Part shown: positions 1-9,912 of the stretch, one piece after another
How the letters are laid out: each line of letters opens with the position of its first letter
Position numbering within the stretch: the first letter of the stretch is position 1
NCBI GenBank assembly: GCA_965205855.1
Contig: OZ242184.1
Location: forward strand, 544,001 to 608,000
Length of the DNA stretch: 64,000 nt
DNA from: Thermodesulfobacteriota bacterium
Lineage (GTDB): Bacteria > Desulfobacterota_D > UBA1144 > Nemesobacterales > Mycalebacteriaceae
Direction of reading: 5' to 3'
Made by a program: the position numbers and the translations under genes
The notes under the pieces: generated by a model
What the model was told of the DNA's origin: nothing
What the model saw: the letters and a program-made list of their open reading frames with translations, nothing else
The model's database searches: none

Positions 1-1
1 C

Positions 2-3000
2 CTGACGGCGGACACCGACGGCATCAGCGATGCCGATGGCCCTGATCCCCTGTCATTCACCTATCAATGGTTTGCGAACGACGGAACCACGAACGAGGCG
101 ATCAGCGGCGCGACCTCTGCGACCTACATCCTGACCCCGGACGAAATGGGCGATCAAATCACCGTGACCGTCAGCTATACCGATGCTGGCAGCACCGACG
201 AGACCCTGACCAGCGCGCCCACGATAGCGGTCGCGGCGAGCAGTACCTCTAATACCCCGCCGACCTCAAGCGGACTGACGGTCTCGACAGAAGAGGATAC
301 CGCCCACAGCTTTGCGGCGGCCGAGTTCACCTTTGCCGATGCCGACGGCGATGCCCTGCACAGCCTGCGCATCGACACGCTGCCCGCCACCGGCAGCCTG
401 ACCCTTGATGGCGCTGCGGTTATCGCCGGGGATGTGATCCCCGCCGCCGGGATCGGGACCCTCGTCTATACCCCGGCCGCGAATGCCACCGGCGATGTCA
501 GTTTCACCTTCAGCCTCTCCGACGACTCCGACGGCACCACCTTCGGCGCAACCGCCACGGCAACCGTCACCATCGACGCCGTCAATGATGCGCCGACCAC
601 GAGCGGGCTGACGGTCTCGACACAAGAGGATACCGCTCACAGCTTTACGGCGGGCGAGTTCAACTTTGCCGATGCGGACGGCGATGACCTTGACAGCCTG
701 CGCATCGACACGCTGCCCGCAACCGGCAGCCTGACCCTCGACGGCACTGCGGTGACCGCGGGGGATGTGATCGCCGCCGCCGGTATCTCGAACCTTGTCT
801 ATACCCCGGCTGAGAATGCCACCGGCGATGACACCTTCACCTTCAGCCTCTCCGACGGCACCGCCTTTGGCGCAACCGCCACGGCAACCGTCAGCATCGG
901 CGCGGAGAATGACGCGCCGACCACGAGCGGGCTGGCGGTCTCGACGCAAGAGGATACCGCCCACAGCTTTACGGCGGGCGAGTTCAACTTTACCGATGCG
1001 GACGGCGATGCCCTGGACAGCCTGCGCATCGACACGCTGCCCGCAACTGGCAACCTGACCCTCGACGGCACTGCGGTGACCGCGGGGGATGTGATCGCCG
1101 CCGCCGGTATCTCGAACCTTGTCTATACCCCGGCTGAGAATGCCACCGGCGATGTCACCTTCACCTTCAGCCTCTCCGACGGCACCGTCTTTGGCGCAAC
1201 CGCCACGGCAACCGTCACCGTGACTGCGGTTAATGACGCACCCACCGCCGATGCTGGTGCTGACCAGGCCGTCGCCGAAGGCGCCAGCGTCACCCTGAAC
1301 GGCAGCGGCAACGATCCCGAGAACGCGAGCCTGAGCTACACCTGGACTCAGACCAGCGGAACCCCGATGGTGACCCTGACCGACGCGGACACCGCCACAC
1401 CGACCTTCACCGCCCCCGAGAACCTCTTGGCTGATGCGGTGCTGGTCTTTTCCCTGATCGTGAACGATGGCGTGAGTGACTCGTCTGCCGCTACCGTCAC
1501 CATCACCACCACCGCCGGCACCAATGACCCGCCCACCGCCGATGCTGGTGTTGACCAGACCGTCGCCGAGGGCGCCAGCGTCACCCTGAACGGCAGCGGC
1601 AACGATCCCGAGAACGCGAACCTGAGCTACACCTGGACGCAGGCCAGCGGAACCCCGATGGTGACCCTGACCGACGCGGACACCGCCACGCCGACCTTCA
1701 CCGCCCCCGAGAACCTCTTGGCTGATGCGGTGCTGGTCTTTTCCCTGATCGTGAACGATGGCGTGAGTGACTCTCAAGCCGCTACCGTCACCATCACCAC
1801 CACCGCCGGCACCAATGACCCGCCCACCGCCGATGCTGGTGTTGACCAGACCGTCGCCGAAGGCGCCAGCGTCACCCTGAACGGCAGCGGCAACGATCCC
1901 GAGAACGCGAACCTGAGCTACACCTGGACGCAGGCCAGCGGAACCCCGATGGTGACCCTGACCGACGCGGACACCGCCACGCCGACCTTCACCGCCCCCG
2001 AGAACCTCTTGGCTGATGCGGTGCTGGTCTTTTCCCTGATCGTGAACGATGGCGTGAGTGACTCTCAAGCCGCTACCGTCACCATCACCACCACCGCCGG
2101 CACCAATGACCCGCCCACCGCCGATGCTGGTGTTGACCAGACCGTCGCCGAAGGCGCCAGCGTCACCCTGAACGGCAGCGGCAACGATCCCGAGAACGCG
2201 AACCTGAGCTACACCTGGACGCAGGCCAGCGGAACCCCGATGGTGACCCTGACCGACGCGGACACCGCCACGCCGACCTTCACCGCCCCCGAGAACCTCT
2301 TGGCTGATGCGGTGCTGGTCTTTTCCCTGATCGTGAACGATGGCGTGAGTGACTCTCAAGCCGCTACCGTCACCATCACCACCACCGCCGGCCAGAATGA
2401 CCCGCCCACCGCCGATGCTGGTGTTGACCAGACCGTCGCCGAGGGCGTCAGCGTCACCCTGAACGGCAGCGGCAACGATCCCGAGAACGCGAACCTGAGC
2501 TACACCTGGACGCAGGCCAGCGGAACCCCGATGGTGACCCTGACCGACGCGGACACCGCCACGCCGACCTTCACCGCCCCCGAGAACCTCTTGGCTGATG
2601 CGGTGCTGGTCTTTTCCCTGATCGTGAACGATGGCGTGAGTGACTCTCAAGCCGCTACCGTCACCATCACCACCACCGCCGGCCAGAATGACCCGCCCAC
2701 CGCCGATGCTGGTGTTGACCAGACCGTCGCCGAGGGCGCCAGCGTCACCCTGAACGGCAGCGGCAACGATCCCGAGAACGCGAACCTGAGCTACACCTGG
2801 ACGCAGGCCAGCGGAACCCCGATGGTGACCCTGACCGACGCGGACACCGCCACGCCGACCTTCACCGCCCCCGAGAACCTCTTGGCTGATGCGGTGCTGG
2901 TCTTTTCCCTGATCGTGAACGATGGCGTGAGTGACTCTCAAGCCGCTACCGTCACCATCACCACCACCGCCGGCCAGAATGACCCGCCCACCGCCGATGC

Positions 3001-6000
3001 TGGTGTTGACCAGACCGTCGCCGAGGGCGCCAGCGTCACCCTGAACGGCAGCGGCAACGATCCCGAGAACGCGAACCTGAGCTACACCTGGACGCAGGCC
3101 AGCGGAACCCCGATGGTGACCCTGACCGACGCGGACACCGCCACGCCGACCTTCACCGCCCCCGAGAACCTCTTGGCTGATGCGGTGCTGGTCTTTTCCC
3201 TGATCGTGAACGATGGCGTGAGTGACTCTCAAGCCGCTACCGTCACCATCACCACCACCGCCGGCCAGAATGACCCGCCCACCGCCGATGCTGGTGTTGA
3301 CCAGACCGTCGCCGAGGGCGCCAGCGTCACCCTGAACGGCAGCGGCAACGATCCCGAGAACGCGAACCTGAGCTACACCTGGACGCAGGCCAGCGGAACC
3401 CCGATGGTGACCCTGACCGACGCGGACACCGCCACGCCGACCTTCACCGCCCCCGAGAACCTCTTGGCTGATGCGGTGCTGGTCTTTTCCCTGATCGTGA
3501 ACGATGGCGTGAGTGACTCTCAAGCCGCTACCGTCACCATCACCACCACCGCCGGCCAGAATGACCCGCCCACCGCCGATGCTGGTGTTGACCAGACCGT
3601 CGCCGAGGGCGCCAGCGTCACCCTGAACGGCAGCGGCAACGATCCCGAGAACGCGAACCTGAGCTACACCTGGACGCAGGCCAGCGGAACCCCGATGGTG
3701 ACCCTGACCGACGCGGACACCGCCACGCCGACCTTCACCGCCCCCGAGAACCTCTTGGCTGATGCGGTGCTGGTCTTTTCCCTGATCGTGAACGATGGCG
3801 TGAGTGACTCTCAAGCCGCTACCGTCACCATCACCACCACCGCCACCCCCAATAATCCGCCCACCACCAACGCACCTCTGACCGTGCCTGGCCTGAGTCT
3901 GGCGGCGGGTGAGCAGACGGTTGATCTGAGTAACGGGTTTAGCGACGCTGACGGCGATATGTTGAGCTACGAGGCAGAGTCTGAAGATGAAGACATCGTT
4001 ACGGTGAGTGTCGCGGGCAGTACGCTAACCATAACCCCGGTGGGTGCCGGTACGGCGACGCTAACGCTCAGGGCCAATGATGGCAATGGTGGCACGGTCG
4101 AGCAGACGGTGATGGCAACGGTGGGCAACAGTGCGCCCACGACCAGTACAACGATTACGGTGTCGGCGTTAACTGTGGCCGGGGGTGAACAGACGGTTGA
4201 ACTGAGTAACGGGTTTAGCGACGCTGACGGCGATATGTTGAGCTACGAGGCAGAGTCTGATGATGAGGACATCGTTACGGTAGCGGTAGCGGGCAGTATG
4301 CTGACCATAACCCCGGTGGGTGCCGGTACGGCGACGCTAACGCTCAGGGCCAATGATGGCAATGGTGGCACGGTCGAGCAGATGGTGATGGCAACGGTGG
4401 GCAACAGTGCGCCCACGACCAGTACAACGATTACGGTGCCGGCGTTAACTGTGGCCGGGGGTGAACAGACGGTTGATTTGAATAGTGGGTTTATCGACCC
4501 TGACGGCGACACGTTGAGCTACGAGGCAGAGTCTGATGATGAAGACATCGTTACGGTAGCGGTAGCGGGCAGTATGCTGACCATAACCCCGGTGGGTAAC
4601 GGTACGGCGACGCTGACGCTCAGGGCCAATGATGGCAATGGTGGCACGGTCGAGCAGACGGTGATGGCAACGGTGGGCAACAGTGCGCCCACGACCAGTA
4701 CAACGATTACGGTGCCGGCGTTAACTGTGGCCGGGGGTGAACAGACGGTTGAACTGAGTAACGGGTTTAGCGACGCTGACGGCGATATGTTGAGCTACGA
4801 GGCAGAGTCTGATGATGAGGACATCGTTACGGTGAGTGTCGCGGGCAGTACGCTGACCATAACCCCGGTGGGTAACGGTACGGCGACGCTGACGCTCAGG
4901 GCCAATGATGGCAATGGTGGCACGGTCGAGCAGACGGTGATGGCAACGGTGGGCAACAGTGCGCCCACGACCAGTACAACGATTACGGTGCCGGCGTTAA
5001 CTGTGGCCGGGGGTGAACAGACGGTTGAACTGAGTAACGGGTTTAGCGACGCTGACGGCGATACGTTGAGCTACGAGGCAGAGTCTGATGATGAAGACAT
5101 CGTTACGGTGAGTGTTGCGGGCAGTACTCTGACCATTATCCCGGTGGGTAACGGTACGGCGACGCTGACGCTCAGGGCCAATGATGGCAATGGTGGCATG
5201 GTCGAGCAGACGGTGATGGCAACGGTGGGCAACAGTGCGCCCACGACCAGTACAACGATTACGGTGCCGGCGTTAACTGTGGCCGGGGGTGAACAGACGG
5301 TTGATTTGAATAGTGGGTTTATCGACCCTGACGGCGATATGTTGAGCTACGAGGCAGAGTCTGATGATGAAGACATCGTTACGGTAGCGGTAGCGGGCAG
5401 TATGCTGACCATAACCCCGGTGGGTGCCGGTACGGCGACGCTGACGCTCAGGGCCAATGATGGCAATGGTGGCATGGTCGAGCAGACGGTGATGGCAACG
5501 GTGGGCAACAGTGCGCCCACGACCAGTACAACGATTACGGTGCCGGCGTTAACTGTGGCCGGGGGTGAACAGACGGTTGATTTGAATAGTGGGTTTATCG
5601 ACCCTGACGGCGATATGTTGAGCTACGAGGCAGAGTCTGATGATGAAGACATCGTTACGGTGAGTGTTGCGGGCAGTACTCTGACCATTATTCCGGTGGG
5701 TAACGGTACGGCGACGCTGACGCTCAGGGCCAATGATGGCAATGGTGGCATGGTCGAGCAGACGGTGATGGCAACGGTGGGCAACAGTGCGCCCACGACC
5801 AGTACAACGATTACGGTGCCGGCGTTAACTGTGGCCGGGGGTGAACAGACGGTTGATTTGAATAGTGGGTTTAGCGACCCTGACGGCGATACGTTGAGCT
5901 ACGAGGCAGAGTCTGATGATGAAGACACCGTCACGGTGAGTGTCGCGGGCAGTACTCTGACCATTATTCCGGTGGGTAACGGTACGGCGACGCTGACGCT

Positions 6001-9000
6001 CAGGGCCAATGATGGCAATGGTGGCATGGTCGAGCAGACGGTGATGGCAACGGTGGGCAACAGTGCGCCCACGACCAGTACAACGATTACGGTGCCGGCG
6101 TTAACTGTGGCCGGGGGTGAACAGACGGTTGATTTGAATAGTGGGTTTATCGACCCTGACGGCGATATGTTGAGCTACGAGGCAGAGTCTGATGATGAAG
6201 ACATCGTTACGGTGAGTGTTGCGGGCAGTACTCTGACCATTATTCCGGTGGGTAACGGTACGGCGACGCTGACGCTCAGGGCCAATGATGGCAATGGTGG
6301 CATGGTCGAGCAGACGGTGATGGCAACGGTGGGCAACAGTGCGCCCACGACCAGTACAACGATTACGGTGCCGGCGTTAACTGTGGCCGGGGGTGAACAG
6401 ACGGTTGATTTGAATAGTGGGTTTAGCGACCCTGACGGCGATACGTTGAGCTACGAGGCAGAGTCTGATGATGAAGACACCGTCACGGTGAGTGTCGCGG
6501 GCAGTACTCTGACCATTATCCCGGTGGGTAACGGTACGGCGACGCTAACGCTCAGGGCCAATGATGGCAATGGTGGCACGGTCGAGCAGACGGTGATGGC
6601 AACGGTGGGCAACAGTGCGCCCACGACCAGTACAACGATTACGGTGCCGGCGTTAACTGTGGCCGGGGGTGAACAGACGGTTGATTTGAATAGTGGGTTT
6701 ATCGACCCTGACGGCGATATGTTGAGCTACGAGGCAGAGTCTGATGATGAAGACATCGTTACGGTGAGTGTTGCGGGCAGTACTCTGACCATTATTCCGG
6801 TGGGTAACGGTACGGCGACGCTGACGCTCAGGGCCAATGATGGCAATGGTGGCATGGTCGAGCAGACGGTGATGGCAACGGTGGGCAACAGTGCGCCCAC
6901 GACCAGTACAACGATTACGGTGCCGGCGTTAACTGTGGCCGGGGGTGAACAGACGGTTGATTTGAATAGTGGGTTTAGCGACCCTGACGGCGATACGTTG
7001 AGCTACGAGGCAGAGTCTGATGATGAAGACACCGTCACGGTGAGTGTCGCGGGCAGTACTCTGACCATTATTCCGGTGGGTAACGGTACGGCGACGCTGA
7101 CGCTCAGGGCCAATGATGGCAATGGTGGCATGGTCGAGCAGACGGTGATGGCAACGGTGGGCAACAGTGCGCCCACGACCAGTACAACGATTACGGTGCC
7201 GGCGTTAACTGTGGCCGGGGGTGAACAGACGGTTGATTTGAATAGTGGGTTTATCGACCCTGACGGCGATACGTTGAGCTACGAGGCAGAGTCTGATGAT
7301 GAAGACACCGTCACGGTGAGTGTCGCGGGCAGTATGCTGACCATAACCCCGGTGGGTAACGGTACGGCGACGCTGACGCTCAGGGCCAATGATGGCAATG
7401 GTGGCACGGTCGAGCAGACGGTGATGGCAACGGTGGGCAACAGTGCGCCCACCTCAAGCGGTCTGGCAGTCAGGACAAACGAGGATATCCCCCATACCTT
7501 TGCGGTTGTCGATTTCCCCTTTACCGATGCCGACGGGGATAGTTTGCAACAGGTGCGCATCGATACGCTACCCGCAACCGGCAGCCTGACCCTGAACGGC
7601 ACAGAGGTCACCGCACCGCAAGAGATTGCCGTTGCCGATATTCCCGATCTGGTCTATACCCCGGCCGCAAATGCCAACGGCATGGACAGCTTCGACTTCA
7701 GCGTCTCCGATGGCACTGACTTCAGTGAGTCCTCCACGGCGGTACTGACCATAGAAGCGTCAAATGACCCTGCGACGGGATTGCCTACAATTACGGGCAC
7801 GGCGAACGAGGGAGAGGAACTGACGGCAGATGTCTCTGGTATTGAGGATATAGATGGTCTGCCCGAGCTGTCCATGTTCACCTATCAATGGAATACGCGG
7901 GTCGGGAGCACGGACACGCCGATTAACAACGCGACCACCGAAACCTACACCCCGACCGATGGCGAGGTGGGCGAGTTTATCACGGTGACGGTCATCTTCA
8001 CAGATGGCGGTGGCACGCGTGAAAGCCTTACAAGTGAGTCAACGATGGAGGTGACAGATATTGTCAGGGTGTTAACGATGGACGAGGCGTTGCGTCTCAA
8101 CGCGGAGCCACCGACCACGGACACGACGGGCAGTATTGTCACGTTGTCAACCAGCGAAGAAGTAATCCTTGATAACGCTAATGGTGAGGATTTCGACGTT
8201 ACCTCAACCCTGAATGGCGAAACAATACCTCACGAGGTTACCGATATCAGGGCGGGCAGTATCGTACTGGAGGTGACCCCGGCAATCGGGTTCGGGTCTC
8301 TCATCGGAGTTTCCTATAGTCCGGTTCAAGGTTCCATTACGGGTGCCGTTACGGGCAATCCGGTGGTTCCGTTCAGTATAAGTGTGAACAACGCGGTACG
8401 GCCGTTGAATGAAGACCTGGATCGTGATGGCAGGAAAACGTTGTTGACGCACCTCACGATTGTTCAGAGCGATCTGGTGATAAGCACGGTACAGAACCAC
8501 CTGAGGGCGCTGGACGGAGGCAACCGTGTGAGCGTTCCACGACATGCGGTTGTAGAGACAGAGGGAGAAGGCAAATACGTTGAATACGAGAACGTCCGTG
8601 AGATGCTGTCTCATCTGGAGTTTGATCTTTCCCTGAACAGTCTGATGGGGTCGAATGAGGAGTGGCGCAAGACCGGTATTTCGTCCGCCGGGTTAGAGAG
8701 TTCGTTAGCGCCGGTTGTGGGAACTGATTTGTCATCGCCGCGGACACTTACCCTGTGGGGAGGAGGAGGCGAGACGCGTCTGGACAACGATTACAATACA
8801 TCCGGTGACGACAATCGCTATGACGGTCGTGTGTGGTCTTACAACACAGGTTTGGATTACCGTCCCTCGGAGTCTTTGACCCTGGGTGCGGCAGTGGGTT
8901 ATCTGGACAGTGAACTGACGACCACCTACAACGAAGGCACCTATGATGAGAAGATGGTATCGGTGTCACCGTACCTGCTGTATGAGAGTCCGTGGGGTCT

Positions 9001-9817
9001 GGATATATCCCTGTTCGGGGGCTACGGAATAGGAGATGTTGACCTGACGGGGACGTTTGGACAGGCGAGCACGCCGTTTGTGGCATTTACCGACAGTAAT
9101 CTGTTATTTGGCGCGGTGCGTGTGTCGGGTGCGATGAAGTTTTTGGATAACAGTTTGGAAGTGGTACCGAATGTGAGTCTGCTCGGCAGTCGCAAGAGGC
9201 TGGAGGGATATACGGACAGCAGCAACCGTGAGATTGGTGAGACCACGGCGTCAGTGCTTCGCCTGACTCCGGGTTTTGAGGTGAGTTACCGTGTGAAGTT
9301 TTCAGGAGTAACATTGAGGCCGTTTGCGAGCGGAGGTTTGATATTTGATTTACTGGATACGGTGAATGATGACGATATGACTTACAGTGTTGGCGGTGGA
9401 ATGCGTTTTGAAACCGAGATGGGTCTGAGCGGTTCTGTGGAAGGTCAGCGTGAGCTGGGTCGTGAAGCGGTAGAGCAACGGCGCTTTGTGGGCACGTTGT
9501 CTTACGGTATTGCTGTGGGCAGGAATGGGAGAGCGGGGACTGTGACGCCGTCTGTAGGTATTAATCACGCATCCGGGGATGATGTGTCCGCAGAGGGATT
9601 GTCACAGGCATACGTGCTGGAATACACCACGAGAGGTGGAGGCCACAGTATTAGTTTTGAGCATGACAGGTCGGAAGAGGAGGGAGCGCGCTCCGGTCTG
9701 GGTTATCGTTACGGAGCAGAGATTATGCCGGGATTGAACTTGGAGGCAACAGTGTCGTCCCCGAATGTTGAAAAACGTGAGGTTAAGGGATTTGTTGGCA
9801 TGAAACTCCGGTTTTAA
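2..9817 (+). CDS. Giant repetitive Ig/cadherin/PKD-module surface adhesin with C-terminal autotransporter-type beta-barrel (gene 1; 5' end outside window)
   Basis: Frame is open from base 2 (LTADTDGISDADGPDPLSFTYQW...), so the Met at 146 is internal. Contains cadherin-like, 9x PKD-like and 13x 92-aa Ig-like repeats, a SwmB-like domain and a barrel (TLWGGGG...GLDYR...GAAVGY...SVSPY), ending GFVGMKLRF. Confidence 0.9.
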   Translation: MTADTDGISDADGPDPLSFTYQWFANDGTTNEAISGATSATYILTPDEMGDQITVTVSYTDAGSTDETLTSAPTIAVAASSTSNTPPTSSGLTVSTEEDTAHSFAAAEFTFADADGDALHSLRIDTLPATGSLTLDGAAVIAGDVIPAAGIGTLVYTPAANATGDVSFTFSLSDDSDGTTFGATATATVTIDAVNDAPTTSGLTVSTQEDTAHSFTAGEFNFADADGDDLDSLRIDTLPATGSLTLDGTAVTAGDVIAAAGISNLVYTPAENATGDDTFTFSLSDGTAFGATATATVSIGAENDAPTTSGLAVSTQEDTAHSFTAGEFNFTDADGDALDSLRIDTLPATGNLTLDGTAVTAGDVIAAAGISNLVYTPAENATGDVTFTFSLSDGTVFGATATATVTVTAVNDAPTADAGADQAVAEGASVTLNGSGNDPENASLSYTWTQTSGTPMVTLTDADTATPTFTAPENLLADAVLVFSLIVNDGVSDSSAATVTITTTAGTNDPPTADAGVDQTVAEGASVTLNGSGNDPENANLSYTWTQASGTPMVTLTDADTATPTFTAPENLLADAVLVFSLIVNDGVSDSQAATVTITTTAGTNDPPTADAGVDQTVAEGASVTLNGSGNDPENANLSYTWTQASGTPMVTLTDADTATPTFTAPENLLADAVLVFSLIVNDGVSDSQAATVTITTTAGTNDPPTADAGVDQTVAEGASVTLNGSGNDPENANLSYTWTQASGTPMVTLTDADTATPTFTAPENLLADAVLVFSLIVNDGVSDSQAATVTITTTAGQNDPPTADAGVDQTVAEGVSVTLNGSGNDPENANLSYTWTQASGTPMVTLTDADTATPTFTAPENLLADAVLVFSLIVNDGVSDSQAATVTITTTAGQNDPPTADAGVDQTVAEGASVTLNGSGNDPENANLSYTWTQASGTPMVTLTDADTATPTFTAPENLLADAVLVFSLIVNDGVSDSQAATVTITTTAGQNDPPTADAGVDQTVAEGASVTLNGSGNDPENANLSYTWTQASGTPMVTLTDADTATPTFTAPENLLADAVLVFSLIVNDGVSDSQAATVTITTTAGQNDPPTADAGVDQTVAEGASVTLNGSGNDPENANLSYTWTQASGTPMVTLTDADTATPTFTAPENLLADAVLVFSLIVNDGVSDSQAATVTITTTAGQNDPPTADAGVDQTVAEGASVTLNGSGNDPENANLSYTWTQASGTPMVTLTDADTATPTFTAPENLLADAVLVFSLIVNDGVSDSQAATVTITTTATPNNPPTTNAPLTVPGLSLAAGEQTVDLSNGFSDADGDMLSYEAESEDEDIVTVSVAGSTLTITPVGAGTATLTLRANDGNGGTVEQTVMATVGNSAPTTSTTITVSALTVAGGEQTVELSNGFSDADGDMLSYEAESDDEDIVTVAVAGSMLTITPVGAGTATLTLRANDGNGGTVEQMVMATVGNSAPTTSTTITVPALTVAGGEQTVDLNSGFIDPDGDTLSYEAESDDEDIVTVAVAGSMLTITPVGNGTATLTLRANDGNGGTVEQTVMATVGNSAPTTSTTITVPALTVAGGEQTVELSNGFSDADGDMLSYEAESDDEDIVTVSVAGSTLTITPVGNGTATLTLRANDGNGGTVEQTVMATVGNSAPTTSTTITVPALTVAGGEQTVELSNGFSDADGDTLSYEAESDDEDIVTVSVAGSTLTIIPVGNGTATLTLRANDGNGGMVEQTVMATVGNSAPTTSTTITVPALTVAGGEQTVDLNSGFIDPDGDMLSYEAESDDEDIVTVAVAGSMLTITPVGAGTATLTLRANDGNGGMVEQTVMATVGNSAPTTSTTITVPALTVAGGEQTVDLNSGFIDPDGDMLSYEAESDDEDIVTVSVAGSTLTIIPVGNGTATLTLRANDGNGGMVEQTVMATVGNSAPTTSTTITVPALTVAGGEQTVDLNSGFSDPDGDTLSYEAESDDEDTVTVSVAGSTLTIIPVGNGTATLTLRANDGNGGMVEQTVMATVGNSAPTTSTTITVPALTVAGGEQTVDLNSGFIDPDGDMLSYEAESDDEDIVTVSVAGSTLTIIPVGNGTATLTLRANDGNGGMVEQTVMATVGNSAPTTSTTITVPALTVAGGEQTVDLNSGFSDPDGDTLSYEAESDDEDTVTVSVAGSTLTIIPVGNGTATLTLRANDGNGGTVEQTVMATVGNSAPTTSTTITVPALTVAGGEQTVDLNSGFIDPDGDMLSYEAESDDEDIVTVSVAGSTLTIIPVGNGTATLTLRANDGNGGMVEQTVMATVGNSAPTTSTTITVPALTVAGGEQTVDLNSGFSDPDGDTLSYEAESDDEDTVTVSVAGSTLTIIPVGNGTATLTLRANDGNGGMVEQTVMATVGNSAPTTSTTITVPALTVAGGEQTVDLNSGFIDPDGDTLSYEAESDDEDTVTVSVAGSMLTITPVGNGTATLTLRANDGNGGTVEQTVMATVGNSAPTSSGLAVRTNEDIPHTFAVVDFPFTDADGDSLQQVRIDTLPATGSLTLNGTEVTAPQEIAVADIPDLVYTPAANANGMDSFDFSVSDGTDFSESSTAVLTIEASNDPATGLPTITGTANEGEELTADVSGIEDIDGLPELSMFTYQWNTRVGSTDTPINNATTETYTPTDGEVGEFITVTVIFTDGGGTRESLTSESTMEVTDIVRVLTMDEALRLNAEPPTTDTTGSIVTLSTSEEVILDNANGEDFDVTSTLNGETIPHEVTDIRAGSIVLEVTPAIGFGSLIGVSYSPVQGSITGAVTGNPVVPFSISVNNAVRPLNEDLDRDGRKTLLTHLTIVQSDLVISTVQNHLRALDGGNRVSVPRHAVVETEGEGKYVEYENVREMLSHLEFDLSLNSLMGSNEEWRKTGISSAGLESSLAPVVGTDLSSPRTLTLWGGGGETRLDNDYNTSGDDNRYDGRVWSYNTGLDYRPSESLTLGAAVGYLDSELTTTYNEGTYDEKMVSVSPYLLYESPWGLDISLFGGYGIGDVDLTGTFGQASTPFVAFTDSNLLFGAVRVSGAMKFLDNSLEVVPNVSLLGSRKRLEGYTDSSNREIGETTASVLRLTPGFEVSYRVKFSGVTLRPFASGGLIFDLLDTVNDDDMTYSVGGGMRFETEMGLSGSVEGQRELGREAVEQRRFVGTLSYGIAVGRNGRAGTVTPSVGINHASGDDVSAEGLSQAYVLEYTTRGGGHSISFEHDRSEEEGARSGLGYRYGAEIMPGLNLEATVSSPNVEKREVKGFVGMKLRF
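251..1231 (+). repeat. Three tandem cadherin-like (Big_9/Cadherin_4-type) modules
   Basis: Repeated N(T/D)xPT.SGL.VST.EDT.HSF...F.F.DADGD.L..LRIDTLP..G.L.L.G...LVYTP..NATGD..FTFSLSDG. Confidence 0.8.
1232..3850 (+). repeat. 9 near-identical tandem 291-bp (97-aa) PKD/REJ-like repeats
   Basis: Unit NDPPTADAGVDQTVAEGASVTLNGSGNDPE...LSYTWTQ...PTFTAP...VFSLIVNDG; 1232+9x291=3851, where the next module starts. Confidence 0.95.
3851..7438 (+). repeat. 13 tandem 276-bp (92-aa) Ig/cadherin-like repeats
   Basis: Unit NSAPTTSTTITVPALTVAGGEQTVDL..GF.DPDGD.LSYEAESDDEDIVTV.VAGS.LTI.PVG.GTATLTLRANDGNGG; 3851+13x276=7439. Confidence 0.95.
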
Positions 9818-9844
9818 AAACAAGGTGTTTTCCCGTCTTGCTGT
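7912..9844 (+). repeat. Copy 1 of ~1.9-kb direct repeat (shared SwmB-like + barrel C-terminal cassette plus ~27 bp of 3' flank)
   Basis: Near-identical to 39744-41658. Differs by scattered, mostly synonymous SNPs and an 18-bp indel (8705-8722, LAPVVG). Confidence 0.95.
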
Positions 9845-9912
9845 CGTAAGAGAATGACTTTGTAGTTGTGGGTTTTCCAAAAGAAGAATAAAATAACTTC
9901 TCAATAATAAAT

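Noticed and set aside
266-3814. 1182-aa antisense ORF (likewise 10057-11481, 13381-17172, 27761-29407 and others)
   Set aside because: Shadow frames of GC-rich repetitive Thr/Ala/Asp codons on the sense strand; they mirror the repeats and show no independent protein features.
1232-7438. CRISPR-like array
   Set aside because: Units are 276-291 bp in-frame coding repeats with no unique spacers, and no cas genes are present.
9816-9832. AAAACA-AGG-TGTTTT hairpin after the giant genes as a terminator
   Set aside because: AT-rich, weak stem that is disrupted in the second copy; not supportable.
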